64,000 nt of DNA from Eledone cirrhosa (GCA_964016885.1 OZ024746.1:83762001-83826000); one strand, 5' to 3'. Positions 12,021-25,855 are shown, counted from the first letter of the stretch. A program made the numbers and translations. The notes: generated by a model from the letters alone, not told the origin.

Positions 12021-15000
12021 CTGTCACAACACTACAACCACTGTTATAACACCATCACTACTGTTATAACACCACCACTACTGTTATAACACCACCACTA
12101 CTGTTATAACACCACAACCACTGTTATAACACCATCACTACTGTTATAACACCATCACTACTGTTATAACACTACAACCACTGTTATAACACCATCACTA
12201 CTGTTATAACACCACCACTACTGTTATAACACTACAACCACTGTTATAACACCATCACTACTGTTATAACACCATCACTACTGTCATAACAACACCACTA
12301 CTCTCATAACAACACCACTACTCTCATAACAACACCACTACTCTCATAACAACACCACTACTCTCATAACAACACCACTACTGTCATAACACCATCACTA
12401 CTGTCATAACACCATCACTACTGTCATAACACCATCACTACTCTCATAACACCATCACTACTGTCATAACAACACCACTACTGTTATAACAACACCACTA
12501 CTGTCATAACAACACCACTACTGTCATAACACCATCACTACTGTCATAACAACACCACTACTCTCATAACAACACCACTACTCTCATAACAACACCACTA
12601 CTCTCATAACAACACCACTACTGTCATAACACCATCACTACTGTCATAACACCATCACTACTCTCATAACACCATCACTACTGTTATAACACCATCACTA
12701 CTCTCATAACAACACCACTACTCTCATAACAACACCACTACTGTCATAACACCATCACTACTCTCATAACAACACCACTACTCTCATAACACCATCACTA
12801 CTGTCATAACAACACCACTACTCTCATAACAACACCACTACTCTCATAACAACACCACTACTCTCATAACAACACCACTACTCTCATAACAACACCACTA
12901 CTCTCATAACAACACCACTACTGTCATAACAACACCACTACTGTTATAACAACACCACTACTGTCATAACACCATCACTACTGTCATAACACCATCACTA
13001 CTGTCATAACAACACCACTACTGTTATAACAACACCACTACTGTCATAACAACACCACTACTGTCATAACACCATCACTACTGTCATAACACCATCACTA
13101 CTCTCATAACACCATCACTACTGTTATAACACCATCACTACTCTCATAACAACACCACTACTCTCATAACAACACCACTACTGTCATAACAACACCACTA
13201 CTGTCATAACACCATCACTACTGTCATAACACCATCACTACTGTCATAACAACACCACTACTCTCATAACAACACCACTACTCTCATAACAACACCACTA
13301 CTCTCATAATAACACCACTACTCTCATAACAACACCACTACTCTCATAACAACACCACTACTCTCATAACAACACCACTACTCTCATAACAACACCACTA
13401 CTGTCATAACACCATCACTACTGTCATAACACCATCACTACTGTCATAACAACACCACTACTGTTATAACAACACCACTACTGTCATAACAACACCACTA
13501 CTGTCATAACAACACCACTACTGTCATAACACCATCACTACTGTCATAACACCATCACTACTGTTATAACAACACCACTACTCTCATAACAACACCACTA
13601 CTGTCATAACACCACCACTACTCTCATAACACCACCACTACTCTCATAACAACACCACTACTCTCATAACAACACCACTACTCTCATAACAACACCACTA
13701 CTCTCATAACAACACCACTACTCTCATAACAACACCACTACTCTCATAACACCACCACTACTGTCATAACACCATCACTACTGTCATAACACCATCACTA
13801 CTGTCATAACAACACCACTACTGTTATAACAACACCACTACTGTCATAACACCATCACTACTGTCATAACACCATCACTACTGTCATAACAACACCACTA
13901 CTGTTATAACAACACCACTACTGTCATAACAACACCACTACTCTCATAACACCACCACTACTGTCATAACACCATCACTACTGTCATAACACCATCACTA
14001 CTGTTATAACAACACCACTACTGTTATAACAACACCACTACTGTCATAACAACACCACTACTGTCATAACAACACCACTACTGTCATAACACCATCACTA
14101 CTGTCATAACACCACCACTACTGTCATAACACCACCACTACTCTCATAACACCACCACTACTCTCATAACACCACCACTACTGTCATAACACCATCACTA
14201 CTGTCATAACACCATCACTACTGTTATAACAACACCACTACTGTTATAACAACACCACTACTGTCATAACAACACCACTACTGTCATAACACCATCACTA
14301 CTGTCATAACACCATCACTACTGTCATAACACCATCACTACTGTCATAACACCATCACTACTCTCATAACACCACCACTACTCTCATAACAACACCACTA
14401 CTCTCATAACACCACCACTACTGTCATAACACCATCACTACTGTCATAACACCATCACTACTGTTATAACAACACCACTACTGTTATAACAACACCACTA
14501 CTGTCATAACAACACCACTACTGTCATAACACCATCACTACTGTCATAACACCATCACTACTGTCATAACACCACCACTACTCTCATAACACCACCACTA
14601 CTCTCATAACAACACCACTACTCTCATAACACCACCACTACTCTCATAACAACACCACTACTGTCATAACACCATCACTACTGTCATAACACCATCACTA
14701 CTCTCATAACACCATCACTACTCTCATAACAACACCACTACTGTCATAACACCACCACTACTCTCATAACACCATCACTACTCTCATAACAACACCACTA
14801 CTGTCATAACACCATCACTACTGTCATAACACCATCACTACTGTCATAACACCACCACTACTCTCATAACACCACCACTACTCTCATAACAACACCACTA
14901 CTCTCATAACACCACCACTACTCTCATAACAACACCACTACTGTCATAACACCATCACTACTGTCATAACACCATCACTACTGTCATAACACCACCACTA

Positions 15001-15475
15001 CTCTCATAACACCACCACTACTCTCATAACAACACAACTACTCTCAAAACACCACCACTACTCTCATAACAACACCACTACTGTCATAACACCATCACTA
15101 CTGTCATAACACCACCACTACTCTCATAACAACACCACTACTGTCATAACACCATCACTACTGTCATAACACCACCACTACTCTCATAACACCACCACTA
15201 CTCTCATAACAACACAACTACTCTCATAACACCACCACTACTCTCATAACACCACCACTACTCTCATAACACCACCACTACTCTCATAACAACACCACTA
15301 CTCTCATAACACCACCACTACTCTCATAACAACACCACTACTGTCATAACACCATCACTACTCTCATAACACCATCACTACTCTCATAACAACACCATTA
15401 CTGTCACAACACCACTACTCTCATAACAACACCACTACTCTCATAACAACACCATTACTGTCACAACACCACTAC
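12021..15475. repeat. 20-bp minisatellite, about 170 units
   Basis: Unit ct(g/c)t(c/t)ataac + accatcacta/aacaccacta/accaccacta in unbroken register. Confidence 0.98.
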
Positions 15476-15524
15476 TACTAATTTGTCATCACAACTATCA
15501 CCATCTCTTCTATCATATAATTCA

Positions 15525-16050
15525 CCCCACCACCACCACGAGTGTCACCACTAACGCCATAGTTACCACAACCACCACAAGTGTCACCACTAACGCCATA
15601 GTTACCACAACCACAAGTGTCACCACTAACGCCATAGTTACCACCACCACCACCACAACCACCACCACCACCACCACAACCACCACCACCACCACAACCA
15701 CAACCACCACCACCACCACCACCACAAGTGTCACCACTAACGCCATAGTTGCCACCACCACCACCACCACCACAAGTGTCACCACTAACGCCATAGTTAC
15801 CACCACCACTACCACAACCACCACCACCACCACCACCACAAGTGTCACCACTAACGCCATAGTTACCACCACCACCACCACAAGTGTCACCACTAACGCC
15901 ATAGTTGCCACAACCACCACCACAACCAACACCACTGTCACCACTAACGCCATAGTTGCCACAACCACCACCACCACTACCACCACCACACGTGTCACCA
16001 CTAACGCCATAGTTGCCACAACCACCACCACCACCACCACCACCACAAAT
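15525..16050. repeat. compound repeat: about 29-nt constant unit separated by variable (ACC)n
   Basis: About 9 copies of caagtgtcaccactaacgccatagtt(a/g) with ACC/ACA tracts of different lengths. Confidence 0.92.
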
Positions 16051-16756
16051 ATAGTCATTAGAACCCTGTTACTGAAATATACCCACAACTTCAGTAATAC
16101 ACCATCTTTACTTGTCATACTAATTTCACTTTCACTTCTCTCATAGCCCAATGCTGTAATACCACCACCACCACCACCACCACCACCACCGCCATACCAC
16201 CATCAGCAGCATTGTCATACCTCTATTTCTGCCATACCCTATCCAAACCAATGCAGTTATTTTCTTTTTCATGATGATCAATACTTTTAATATCTAATTA
16301 CATTTTCATCTCTCTCTCTCTCAGAGATACTCTCTCTTTCTCTCTCTTACAGATACTCTCTCTCCTTTTTTCACCACCCTCCTCCCCCACACACATACAG
16401 ACAAACACACATACACGCGCGCACATGTGCACGAGGCTGGGTATATAGTTGTTTGTCAAATTTAAAGATTCTTTTTAGATGTCCTAAAAGTGAGTCTGTA
16501 TTGATATTTCCTCAAATGAACCAAGAAGATAAACTGTACATAGATAATAAAATGCACATCTACATATATATAGATGACACCAACACCACCTCCACTTCCA
16601 TCATTAACAGCAAAAAAACTACTGACAACAAAAGCAACAACAAAATATACTAGCAACAACAACAAGAACAAGAACAAGAACATCAGTCAAGAAAAAAATC
16701 AACATCACTCTTTTGTAAACATTTTGCTATTGATTAGTTGCTGAACAATAGTTTAC

Positions 16757-16840
<84 letters not shown>

Positions 16841-16870
16841 TATGTATAATGAAAACGATATATACATATA
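16757..16870. repeat. (TA)n microsatellite
   Basis: Directly visible. Confidence 0.95.
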
Positions 16871-16885
16871 TACACAAACACATAT

Positions 16886-17250
16886 GCATCATCATCACCG
16901 TTTAATGTCTATTTTCTATGCTTGCATGGTTTAGACAGGTTCTCACTGTTATATTATAAAACAAATCAAGTCGGATGACCACGTCTTGCTCATATGGATC
17001 TGTATTTTGGCTTGATTTCTATGGCTAGATGCCCTTTCTAACACCAACCAAATTACAGGATGGACTGGGTGCTTTTTATGGTGGCACCAAAACAACCATG
17101 TAACAGAATGGACTGGTGCTTTTTATGGTAGCACCAACATGACCACTTTACAAGGTAGATTGAGTGCTGCCTTTTGTCATGTTACTAGCACAACCAATTT
17201 GCAGCATGAACTGGGTGCTTTTGTTGTGGGACCTGAGTGCTTTTTTGTTG
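16886..17250 (-). mobile_element. SINE-like family B with RTE-type tail and internal tandem subrepeats
   Basis: catcatcaccgtttaatgtctattttctatgcttgcatgg...tttctatggctagatgccctttctaacaccaacc, plus repeated ggactgggtgctttttatggtggcacc. Confidence 0.75.
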
Positions 17251-17284
17251 TGGGAGTGCTGATGTGGAGTGTGCAAGGTGGGTG

Positions 17285-18020
17285 GAGAATGAGGTCCTCT
17301 GCACAAAGTTTTCCGGTTTCACTTCCATGCAGCATCATACAATCTGCCTTCCATGTTGAGGGGTAAACCTTTTGTAGCTCCCTGAACTTTTTCTATCCTG
17401 TTTCCACTCTGGCTACTGTACTTTCAGAACACCTACCTCCACTGCTAATTTGGTCATCCAGGTAACAGAAGCTATCAACTACTTCTATGGAACCCTCTGA
17501 GCATTCGATAGAGCTTGTTTCCTGTGCCGGGATCTGAGCTCTCTTTTCCTTTCTACTTACTTGGACTTTAGTCTTTGCCAAGTTATTTTAAAAACCTTTT
17601 GTTTCCAATCTATTCTCCTAGGTCTTGAATTTCTTCTCTAATTCTGTCATAGATTTGGCTATGTTGGTTTGATCATTGGCAAATAGGAGTTCCCATGAGC
17701 AATCAGTTTTGAACTCTTCCATTATAGCCAGCAGGATGATAATAAACAGGAGAGGGCTAAGAAGAGCTCTGATGGACCCCTACTTGCATGCTAAATTCCT
17801 CGCAATGCAACCACGGTGCTGCATTGTTAATGCTAACTTTGGTGACTGTTCCTCTGTATGGTTTGTACCACCCTCACAAGCCACTCAGCAACCCCTAGTT
17901 TTCTAAGAGCCTGCCAGATTATGGAAGGGGGTACTCTTTCAAATGCTTTCCCCAGATCAACTAATACTTGGTAGAGAGGATTACTCTTAGCTAGATACTG
18001 CTACAGTTTCTTCACAAGAA
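17285..18020 (-). mobile_element. RTE LINE reverse-transcriptase fragment (degenerate)
   Basis: Minus strand VGVHQSSS.SPLLFIIILLAIMEEFKTDCSWELLFANDQ (YADD equivalent), AKTKV, EVVDSFCYL. Confidence 0.85.
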
Positions 18021-18021
18021 A

Positions 18022-18045
18022 TACACACGCGCACACGCGCACACG

Positions 18046-18097
<52 letters not shown>

Positions 18098-18228
18098 AAA
18101 GAGAGAGAGAGAGACTGTGTATGTAATGAATTCTTTTCTATAATGTTTTGATCTAATCTAATCTAATGCTTTTTTAATTAAAGATCTTTTCATCTTCATT
18201 TCTAAGTACACACACATACACACACACA

Positions 18229-18303
<75 letters not shown>

Positions 18304-18330
18304 GTACATACACACAGACACACAGACATT
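18022..18330. repeat. (CA)n, (GA)n and (CT)n microsatellites
   Basis: Directly visible. Confidence 0.95.
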
Positions 18331-18574
18331 GAGATGAGATAAAAATCAGACAGGGACAGAAGGAAGAAAACTGATATATTTAAAAATCTACAAAAATTTA
18401 TACATATTCATAATAATTTGCCAAACATAGCTTCAAATACTATGTTTACAACGACTTGCTGTGAAATTTGGAGATCACTTAGGCTTTGCAATTGATTGAA
18501 TGTGTGTGTGTGTAAGAGAGAGAGAGAGAGAGATGATTCTGTCTAGTTTGTGCTTCTCAGATTTCAGTTTCAAC

Positions 18575-18670
18575 GCAGTTGTAGAAGACCTTTCTAAGGT
18601 GCCACACAATGGGATTGAATCTGAAACCAAGTGTTTGTGAATTGGACTTCTTAACTACATAGCCATGCTT
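18575..18670 (-). mobile_element. CORE-like tRNA SINE family C head
   Basis: Minus strand gcatggctatgtagttaagaag...gattcaatcccattgtgtggcaccttagaaag; similar to 40722-40880. Confidence 0.6.
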
Positions 18671-18904
18671 TTCATTATGTCTGGATTTCTGAGATTAGTT
18701 ATTATGATGACTAGAGCAGTATTCATTGACCATACTACTCAGCTAAAAATTGTTATCTTTAGTATTTCCAACCTATCTTACATTTTCATTGGGTTAGAAC
18801 TGCAATTCGTAACTTAGGAGGAAATTTCTCACTGTTTGTGCTAGATTTATTTTCCTGAATGTAGAATTAATATATGGTTGTTAATATTGTGTAATGTATA
18901 TATG

Positions 18905-19205
18905 GACCCATAACTCCTGATGAGTTGTACAGGTGCCATAGTGACAATTTAAACCTGGCAGAAATCATCCTGAACACAGCTGATTTCTTTCAGAGAAGGG
19001 GAGAGAGTGAAAAAGTGATAGAAAGGAAGTGAGAAAGAGATATAGAGGAAGAGTTTACCCTAGTATTGGATTCATACTTTTTTTTATCAACCTCAAAGGG
19101 ATGAAAGGCAAAATTGACCTCTGCAGGTTTTGAAATCAAAGTGCAGAGAGCCAAAACAAATACTGCAAAGCATTCTATCCAATGTTCTAACAACTTTTCC
19201 AATTT
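18905..19205 (-). mobile_element. SINE family A, alternative tail
   Basis: ctgaacacagctgatttc...gggatgaaaggcaaaattgacc...aaatactgcaaagcatt. Confidence 0.75.
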
Positions 19206-19602
19206 TTCAATTAATTTTATGTAACAAATTTGTGTTATATACAAAACTACTTTTTTTCTTATCACATTTGGTGTGGAGGGAAATCAGAATGATACACTGG
19301 TAAAGGGAGGAGAAAAAGTCATGAAACATTAATGTAGAACATCATGAAGTTTCAGACTTTTTTTTTTTTTTTTTTACAATTTGAAGATGCTTTGAAGCTT
19401 TCACATCACAAAAGTTCATAAGTTCAGTATTACATCATGTTGATTGCATGCACAAGCATGTGTGTTCACATCTGAAGATGAATGAATATATTTTTGTATG
19501 GCCTGCTAAAAATAGCAACCAAATCTTCTTTCCTCAAATCAAACCCTCCCATTTAAAAAAAAATGGAGCATATTGGATAATGTAGTCCTAGAGAGATTAT
19601 CA

Positions 19603-19789
19603 TGGTGAATTAGCAGTATTGGTAGAGGGTCGGACGCCATGCTTTGACGCATAGTTACGGCCCTTGCCATTCTGAGTTCAAATCCCGCAGAGGTTAACTT
19701 TGCCTTTCAACCTTATGGGGTCGATAAAATAAAGTACCAGTAATGTACTGGGTAATTGCTGGCCTTGTTCCAATAGTAGAAACAATTAT
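19603..19789 (+). mobile_element. SINE family A, near full length
   Basis: B-box gagttcaaatccc at 19674-19686; core and tail ggccttgttccaatagtagaaacaattat. Confidence 0.88.
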
Positions 19790-20328
19790 CATGAAATACA
19801 AGACCAGATGGTTACAACTGGAATGTCTTTGATGATAAGTCTTCTCAAACAAAACTGACTTGTGGCTAAATAATAACCATACCACCACCATTAACAAAAC
19901 CACACCAAATACTAACAGCAACAACAACACCAATACTAAGAATGGCAATGGTAATGGCAATATGTTAATTAGGTTATAAGATGTAGATTGGTAGTTGATG
20001 GTAAATAATATGGTTTATAATGTTGCTGTTCTCTGTAGGCTTGTACTTTCTACCTACTGAGAATTGGTAGACAATGAGAATAGGACTGGCTTCATTCACA
20101 AATGTACGACACCAACATAATTTATGTCATTATCATCATAATCATATGTATTAAAAGCATTATCACATAAGTAGTATCAACAATGATGCTGCTATCGCCA
20201 TCCAAATATTATCACTCGCACTATTATTGGCCATTATCACCATCAACAGTATCATTAGCATCATTGCCATTATCATCGAACACGTTTGTTGTCATTGTCA
20301 ACATTATCACCATCAAAAACATTTTCAC

Positions 20329-21750
20329 GATCAACTCTATTGTCACTTTTATCATTATCAACTCTATTATTGCCATTGTTACTATTATCATTATCAACTC
20401 TATTATTGCCATTGTCACTTTTATCATTATCAACTCTATTATTGCCATTATTACTATTATCATTATCAACTCTATTACTGCCATTGTTACTATTATCATT
20501 ATCAACTCTATTACTGCCATTGTTACTATTATCATTATCAACTCTATTATTGCCATTATTACTATTATCATTATCAACTCTATTATTGCCATTGTCACTT
20601 TTATCATTATCAACTCTATTATTGCCATTGTCACTTTTATCATTATCAACTCTATTATTGCCATTATTACTATTATCATTATCAACTCTATTACTGCCAT
20701 TGTTACTATTATCATTATCAACTCTATTACTGCCATTGTTACTATTATCATTATCAACTCTATTATTGCCATTGTTACTATTATCATTATCAACTCTATT
20801 ATTGCCATTGTCACTTTTATCATTATCAACTCTATTATTGCCATTGTCACTTTTATCATTATCAACTCTATTATTGCCATTATTACTATTATCATTATCA
20901 ACTCTATTACTGCCATTGTTACTATTATCATTATCAACTCTATTACTGCCATTGTTACTATTATCATTATCAACTCTATTATTGCCATTGTTACTATTAT
21001 CATTATCAACTCTATTATTGCCATTGTCACTTTTATCATTATCAACTCTATTATTGCCATTATTACTATTATCATTATCAACTCTATTACTGCCATTGTT
21101 ACTATTATCATTATCAACTCTATTATTGCCATTGTTACTATTATCATTATCAACTCTATTACTGCCATTGTTACTATTATCATTATCAACTCTATTACTG
21201 CCATTGTTACTATTATCATTATCAACTCTATTATTGCCATTATTACTATTATCATTATCAACTCTATTACTGCCATTGTTACTATTATCATTATCAACTC
21301 TATTACTGCCATTGTTACTATTATCATTATCAACTCTATTATTGCCATTGTTACTATTATCATTATCAACTCTATTATTGCCATTGTCACTTTTATCATT
21401 ATCAACTCTATTATTGCCATTATTACTATTATCATTATCAACTCTATTACTGCCATTGTTACTATTATCATTATCAACTCTATTATTGCCATTGTTACTA
21501 TTATCATTATCAACTCTATTATTGCCATTGTTACTATTATCATTATCAACTCTATTATTGTCATTGTTACTATTATCATTATCAACTCTATTATTGTCAT
21601 TGTTACTATTATCATTATCAACTCTATTATTGTCATTGTTACTATTATCATTATCAACTCTATTATTGCCATTGTTACTATTATCATTATCAACTCTATT
21701 ACTGCCATTGTTACTATTATCATTATCAACTCTATTATTGTCATTACCAC
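20329..21750. repeat. 36-bp minisatellite, about 39 units
   Basis: Unit atcattatcaactctatta(t/c)tgccatt(gttactatt/gtcactttt/attactatt); source of the five >500-aa ORFs. Confidence 0.98.
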
Positions 21751-22444
21751 CATTATCAGCATTATCATCACTATTGTTATCATTATCATCATCAACACTA
21801 TTATTGCCCTTGTCACTATTATCATTATTAACCCTATTATTATCATTATCACTTATTAGCACTTACTATTGACATTATCACCATTCACATTACCCACACT
21901 ATTATTGCCATTATCACCATTATCATCATCAACAGGATCATCTTCAACACTGCTGTAGCCATTGTCAACAGTGTCACCATCGCTATCACTATTATTGCCA
22001 TTTAACAGGGTAAACAGACATTTAATGATGATTGTAAAGTCAACATTATTGCTAACACTATTGTTACCATTGCCAACATCATCTTTCCCATGCTAGCAGA
22101 GATCCAGTGTACTTATTTTAAAAACTGAGATTCAGTACCAACACCCCACCCCACACATACACCATATCTTTTTGAATGCAATGTAATCTTAAATATAATG
22201 TGGTTTCCAAGTACAGTCGGAATTATAAAATGTTTTTTTAAGAAACCAAAGTAATATCACGGCAAATTTTAAAACACATAGAATACAAAAACTATAAAAT
22301 TAATGCAGAAAATACTAAAACTGGCATGGTTCCTGTTCTTTTTATATTAAATAATCTCTTTGGAAAGTGTCTTTTGCTATAGCCTCAGATTGCAGATTGA
22401 CCAATGTCTTGTTTGGTAGATGGAAAGTGTGCAATAGTCCATTG

Positions 22445-22722
22445 TGTATGTGTGTGTGTGTTTACCCATCGTATATGTGTGTATATCTGACATGTGTCTG
22501 TGTGTATCTGTCATGCGTCTGTGTGTATCTGTCATGCCTGTGTGTATCTGTCATGCCTGTGTGTGTCTGTCATGCCTGTGTGTGTATGTCATGTCTGTGT
22601 GTGTATGTCATGTGTATGTCATGTGCCTGTGTATATATGTCATGTGTCTGTGTGTGTGTATGTCATGTGTCTCTGTGTATCTGTCATATCTGTGTGTATG
22701 TCATGTGCCTGTGTATATTTGT

Positions 22723-22765
<43 letters not shown>

Positions 22766-23340
22766 CATGTGTCTCTGTATTTGTCGTGTGTGTGTGGGTG
22801 TGTGTGTGTGTGTGTGTGTGTGTGTCATGTGTCTCTGTGTATTTGTCATGTGTCTCTGTATTTGTCATGTGTCTGTGTGTATATTTGTCATGTCTGTGTA
22901 TATTTGTCATGCCTGTGTGTGTATACTTGTCATGTCTGTGTATATCTGTCATGTGTCTCTGTGTATTTGTCATGTGTCTCTGTGTATTTGTCATGTGTCT
23001 CTGTATATTTGTCATGTGTCTCTGTATATTTGTCATGTGTCTCTGTATATTTGTCATGTCTGTGTATATCTGTCATGTGTCTCTGTGTATCTGTCATGTG
23101 TCTCTGTGTCTCTGTGTCTCTGTCATGTGTCTCTGTGTATCTGTCATGTGTCTCTGTGTATCTGTCATGTGTCTCTGTGTCTCTGTCATGTGTCTCTGTG
23201 TCTCTGTGTCTCTGTCATGTGTCTCTGTGTATCTGTCATGTGTCTCTGTCATGTGTCTCTGTGTATCTGTCATGTGTCTCTGTGTATCTGTCATGTGTCT
23301 CTGTGTCTCTGTCATGTGTCTCTGTGTCTCTGTCTGTGTT
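22445..23340. repeat. TG-derived, about 20-bp minisatellite
   Basis: tgtcatgtgtctctgtgtat(c/t) units interleaved with (TG)n. Confidence 0.95.
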
Positions 23341-23934
23341 TATGTTCTACTGTTTTTGTTTATGTCCCATAACTTAGTGACTTCATAAAAAGTAGTAGCA
23401 GACTTGATAAGATAAGTACTGGGATCAATATGACTGACTTAATTCCTTGCAAGACTCTGTACCACATAGTATGGTTGTAGTTTAATGACTGAAACCAGTA
23501 AGAGAGGGAAAGATTATGAGAAAATGAATTTTTAAACAACAGTGTGTACAGCCATACACTGCCAGTATGCAACAGCATTAACAATGTGTTATTGTCTTTA
23601 TTTGTGATGCATACACTGTCTCATACTCACAGGCAATAAAGTGTTTGTATTAATTGATAAAAGTCTTGGGACTACCACCTCTGATGTCATGTTTTTCATG
23701 AATTTGTTGTTGCATTCTTTTACTCTCAAATATATAACTATCCTTCAATTTTGATCTTGATTTTTTTTTTTATATTAAAATTTTCACATCATACACAAGC
23801 AAATATTGTGTGTGTGTTTCTTTCATCAACACATTGGTGAGAAGAAAAAAAGCAATAAACCAGATCTTTTCAATTCTCTGTTCAACCTGAGTTGCTGAGT
23901 TGTCCAGACACTCCCTTGTCACTCTTATTAATCA

Positions 23935-24270
23935 CAAATGCTAGAAATAGTAAACAAATCTCCCTCTAGTAGCTTAAAAAGAGGGAAGGACACATTGGAA
24001 TATTTACTCTCTGATATTACAAAAAGTTGAGATGGTCATGGATGGAACACGTTTGATCATAGGTCTACTTAATAAAAGATGACTTAGGGCTAAACAACAA
24101 CAACAACTCTGTACAATGAGCAATGAGATTGCTAAGCCATCCAGAAATATCAACCTGCCATCTTAAAAAGGAAGGATACATTGGGTAATGTAGTGTTATG
24201 TATACCAAACAATAGGATGGCCCTGCTTGGAACACATTTGATCAAGGCTAACTTAGAGTGAAACAAAAAC
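23935..24270 (+). mobile_element. dispersed repeat family D with (CAA)n tail, two tandem copies
   Basis: gctagaaatag..caaatctccctc...gatggtcatggatggaac..tttgatcataggtct...gggctaaacaacaac; reverse copies at about 1085-1145, 7105-7290, 37830-37900, 56975-57155. Confidence 0.7.
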
Positions 24271-24427
24271 ACTATCCAAGAAAGACAATTTAAAATCTTT
24301 AACTGTAAAACTAACGGGATTGAACTTATAGTATTTTTTCTACCAGCAGTCTAGTTCCTTGCTTAGTTATCACATGTGTGTGAGAAAGAGAAACAGTGAG
24401 AGATTATCATCATCATCATTTAAGTCC

Positions 24428-24470
<43 letters not shown>

Positions 24471-24894
24471 TACTTGGTTACAAGTGACATTTACATCTGT
24501 AGCCTAAGTATTTAGCTTGGCATTACATTATTATACTTTGTAGTAGTAGTTAATGAAGTTTGGAAAGCTGTAATTTTACTGTAGTCATTATTTGCCTCCT
24601 GTAGTCTATTCTGTTTGCTTCTGGTCAGTATTTGTAATTAGTTGATTATCACATTTTCTCTTTAGTCTATTTTCTCTGCAAGTCTTCTTACTGATAAAGT
24701 ATCAATATATATATATATGGTGAGCAAACAGCCCAAGAAAATGTTGAAGCCATGGTAGAATGCACCCAGTATACTCTGTAATTTTGTTGTTGATCAAATG
24801 AAGACAATATAAAGTAGGGAGGATGCTTTGGTCTGGCCAAGTGTATGACAATCTCCCTAATGCTATGATAAAATGCTCCTGGTGCACTCTTTAA

Positions 24895-25055
24895 CTCTTT
24901 AGCTGTTCAAACTGGCCATAACTGGCCACTCATACTGATGTTAAAGTGCTGTTCTCAAAATGATATCAAAATCTCGTAGATTTGATATTATGTGAGATAA
25001 AGCCTTTACCACAAAAATACAATAGTAAATATAGAGTAATGTAAATGCTAAAGGG
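24895..25055 (+). mobile_element. piggyBac-like MITE P1, internally deleted
   Basis: TTAA-ctctttagc...taaatgctaaaggg-TTGA. Confidence 0.72.
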
Positions 25056-25064
25056 TTGAATTAG

Positions 25065-25255
25065 TAGTGCTAGTGTCATGATAATACACATCCAGTATGC
25101 CCTGTAAAGTTGTTGGAGTTAGGAAGGGCATCCAGCTGAAAAAATACCCTTACTAAATATGGAATGTATGAAGAAGGTGAGGTCTTCTTGAACTGTGACA
25201 ACCCATCCAGCCCATGCCAGCATGGAAAGTGGATGTAAAATGGTGTCGATGATAT
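25065..25255 (+). mobile_element. SINE-like family B
   Basis: ttggagttaggaagggcatccagctg...cccatgccagcatggaaagtggatgtaaaatggtgtcgatgat. Confidence 0.75.
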
Positions 25256-25317
25256 ATTTTTGTTGTTTTGTCCTTCTATAAATTTGTAATTGCATGTTTT
25301 TCTTTTAAATTGTTTGC

Positions 25318-25855
25318 ATCATCATCATCACCATTTAACATCTATTTTCCATGCTTGCGTGACTTAGACGGGCTGTCATATTAGGAAGCTACACAAGTCA
25401 GATGACCATGTCTTATTCATACAATCAGTTTTTAGCTTGGTTTTCTATGGCTGATTGCCCTTCCAAATGCTAACCACATTTCACTCTGTACTGAGAGTTT
25501 TTAGTTGGTACTAGCACTACCACCCTACGGGAGGTGGGGACTGGATACTTTTTGCCATGACACTAGTACGACCACATTACAGCATGGACAGGATACATTT
25601 TGTCATGGCACTTGTATGACCACATTGCAGAGTGAACTGGTTGCTTTTTGTCATGGCACCAATATGACCATATTGCAGGGTGGACTGATTGCTTTTTGTT
25701 GTAGCACTAATATGACTATCTTACAGGCTCAACTGTTTTTTTTTTTTTTGTTTTGTTTTTTTGTCGTGGCACCACTTTAACCGCCTTAAAAGGTGGACTG
25801 GGTGCCTTTTGTTGTGGCACCAACACTACCACCATACAGGGTGAACTGGGTACAA
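25318..25855 (-). mobile_element. SINE-like family B with about 7 internal subrepeats
   Basis: catcatcatcaccatttaacatctattttccatgcttgc, plus repeated ggactgg.tgctttttgtcatggcaccaa..gaccac. Confidence 0.78.

Noticed and set aside
12021-15475. Mucin-like Thr-rich coding repeat
   Set aside because: Unit length 20 is not a multiple of 3 and TAA stops recur; no ORF in the track
15525-16050. CRISPR-like repeat-spacer array
   Set aside because: Spacers are (ACC)n rather than unique sequence, there are no cas genes, and the context is eukaryotic
19603-19690. tRNA gene
   Set aside because: A/B boxes are present but continue into a SINE core and tail; no cloverleaf
20183-21872. Five long ORFs (528-558 aa) as genes
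   Set aside because: Consequence of a 36-bp stop-free tandem repeat; no non-repetitive domain or splice context
22367-23388. Cys/Val-rich ORFs (metallothionein- or keratin-like)
   Set aside because: Translation of TG-derived repeats
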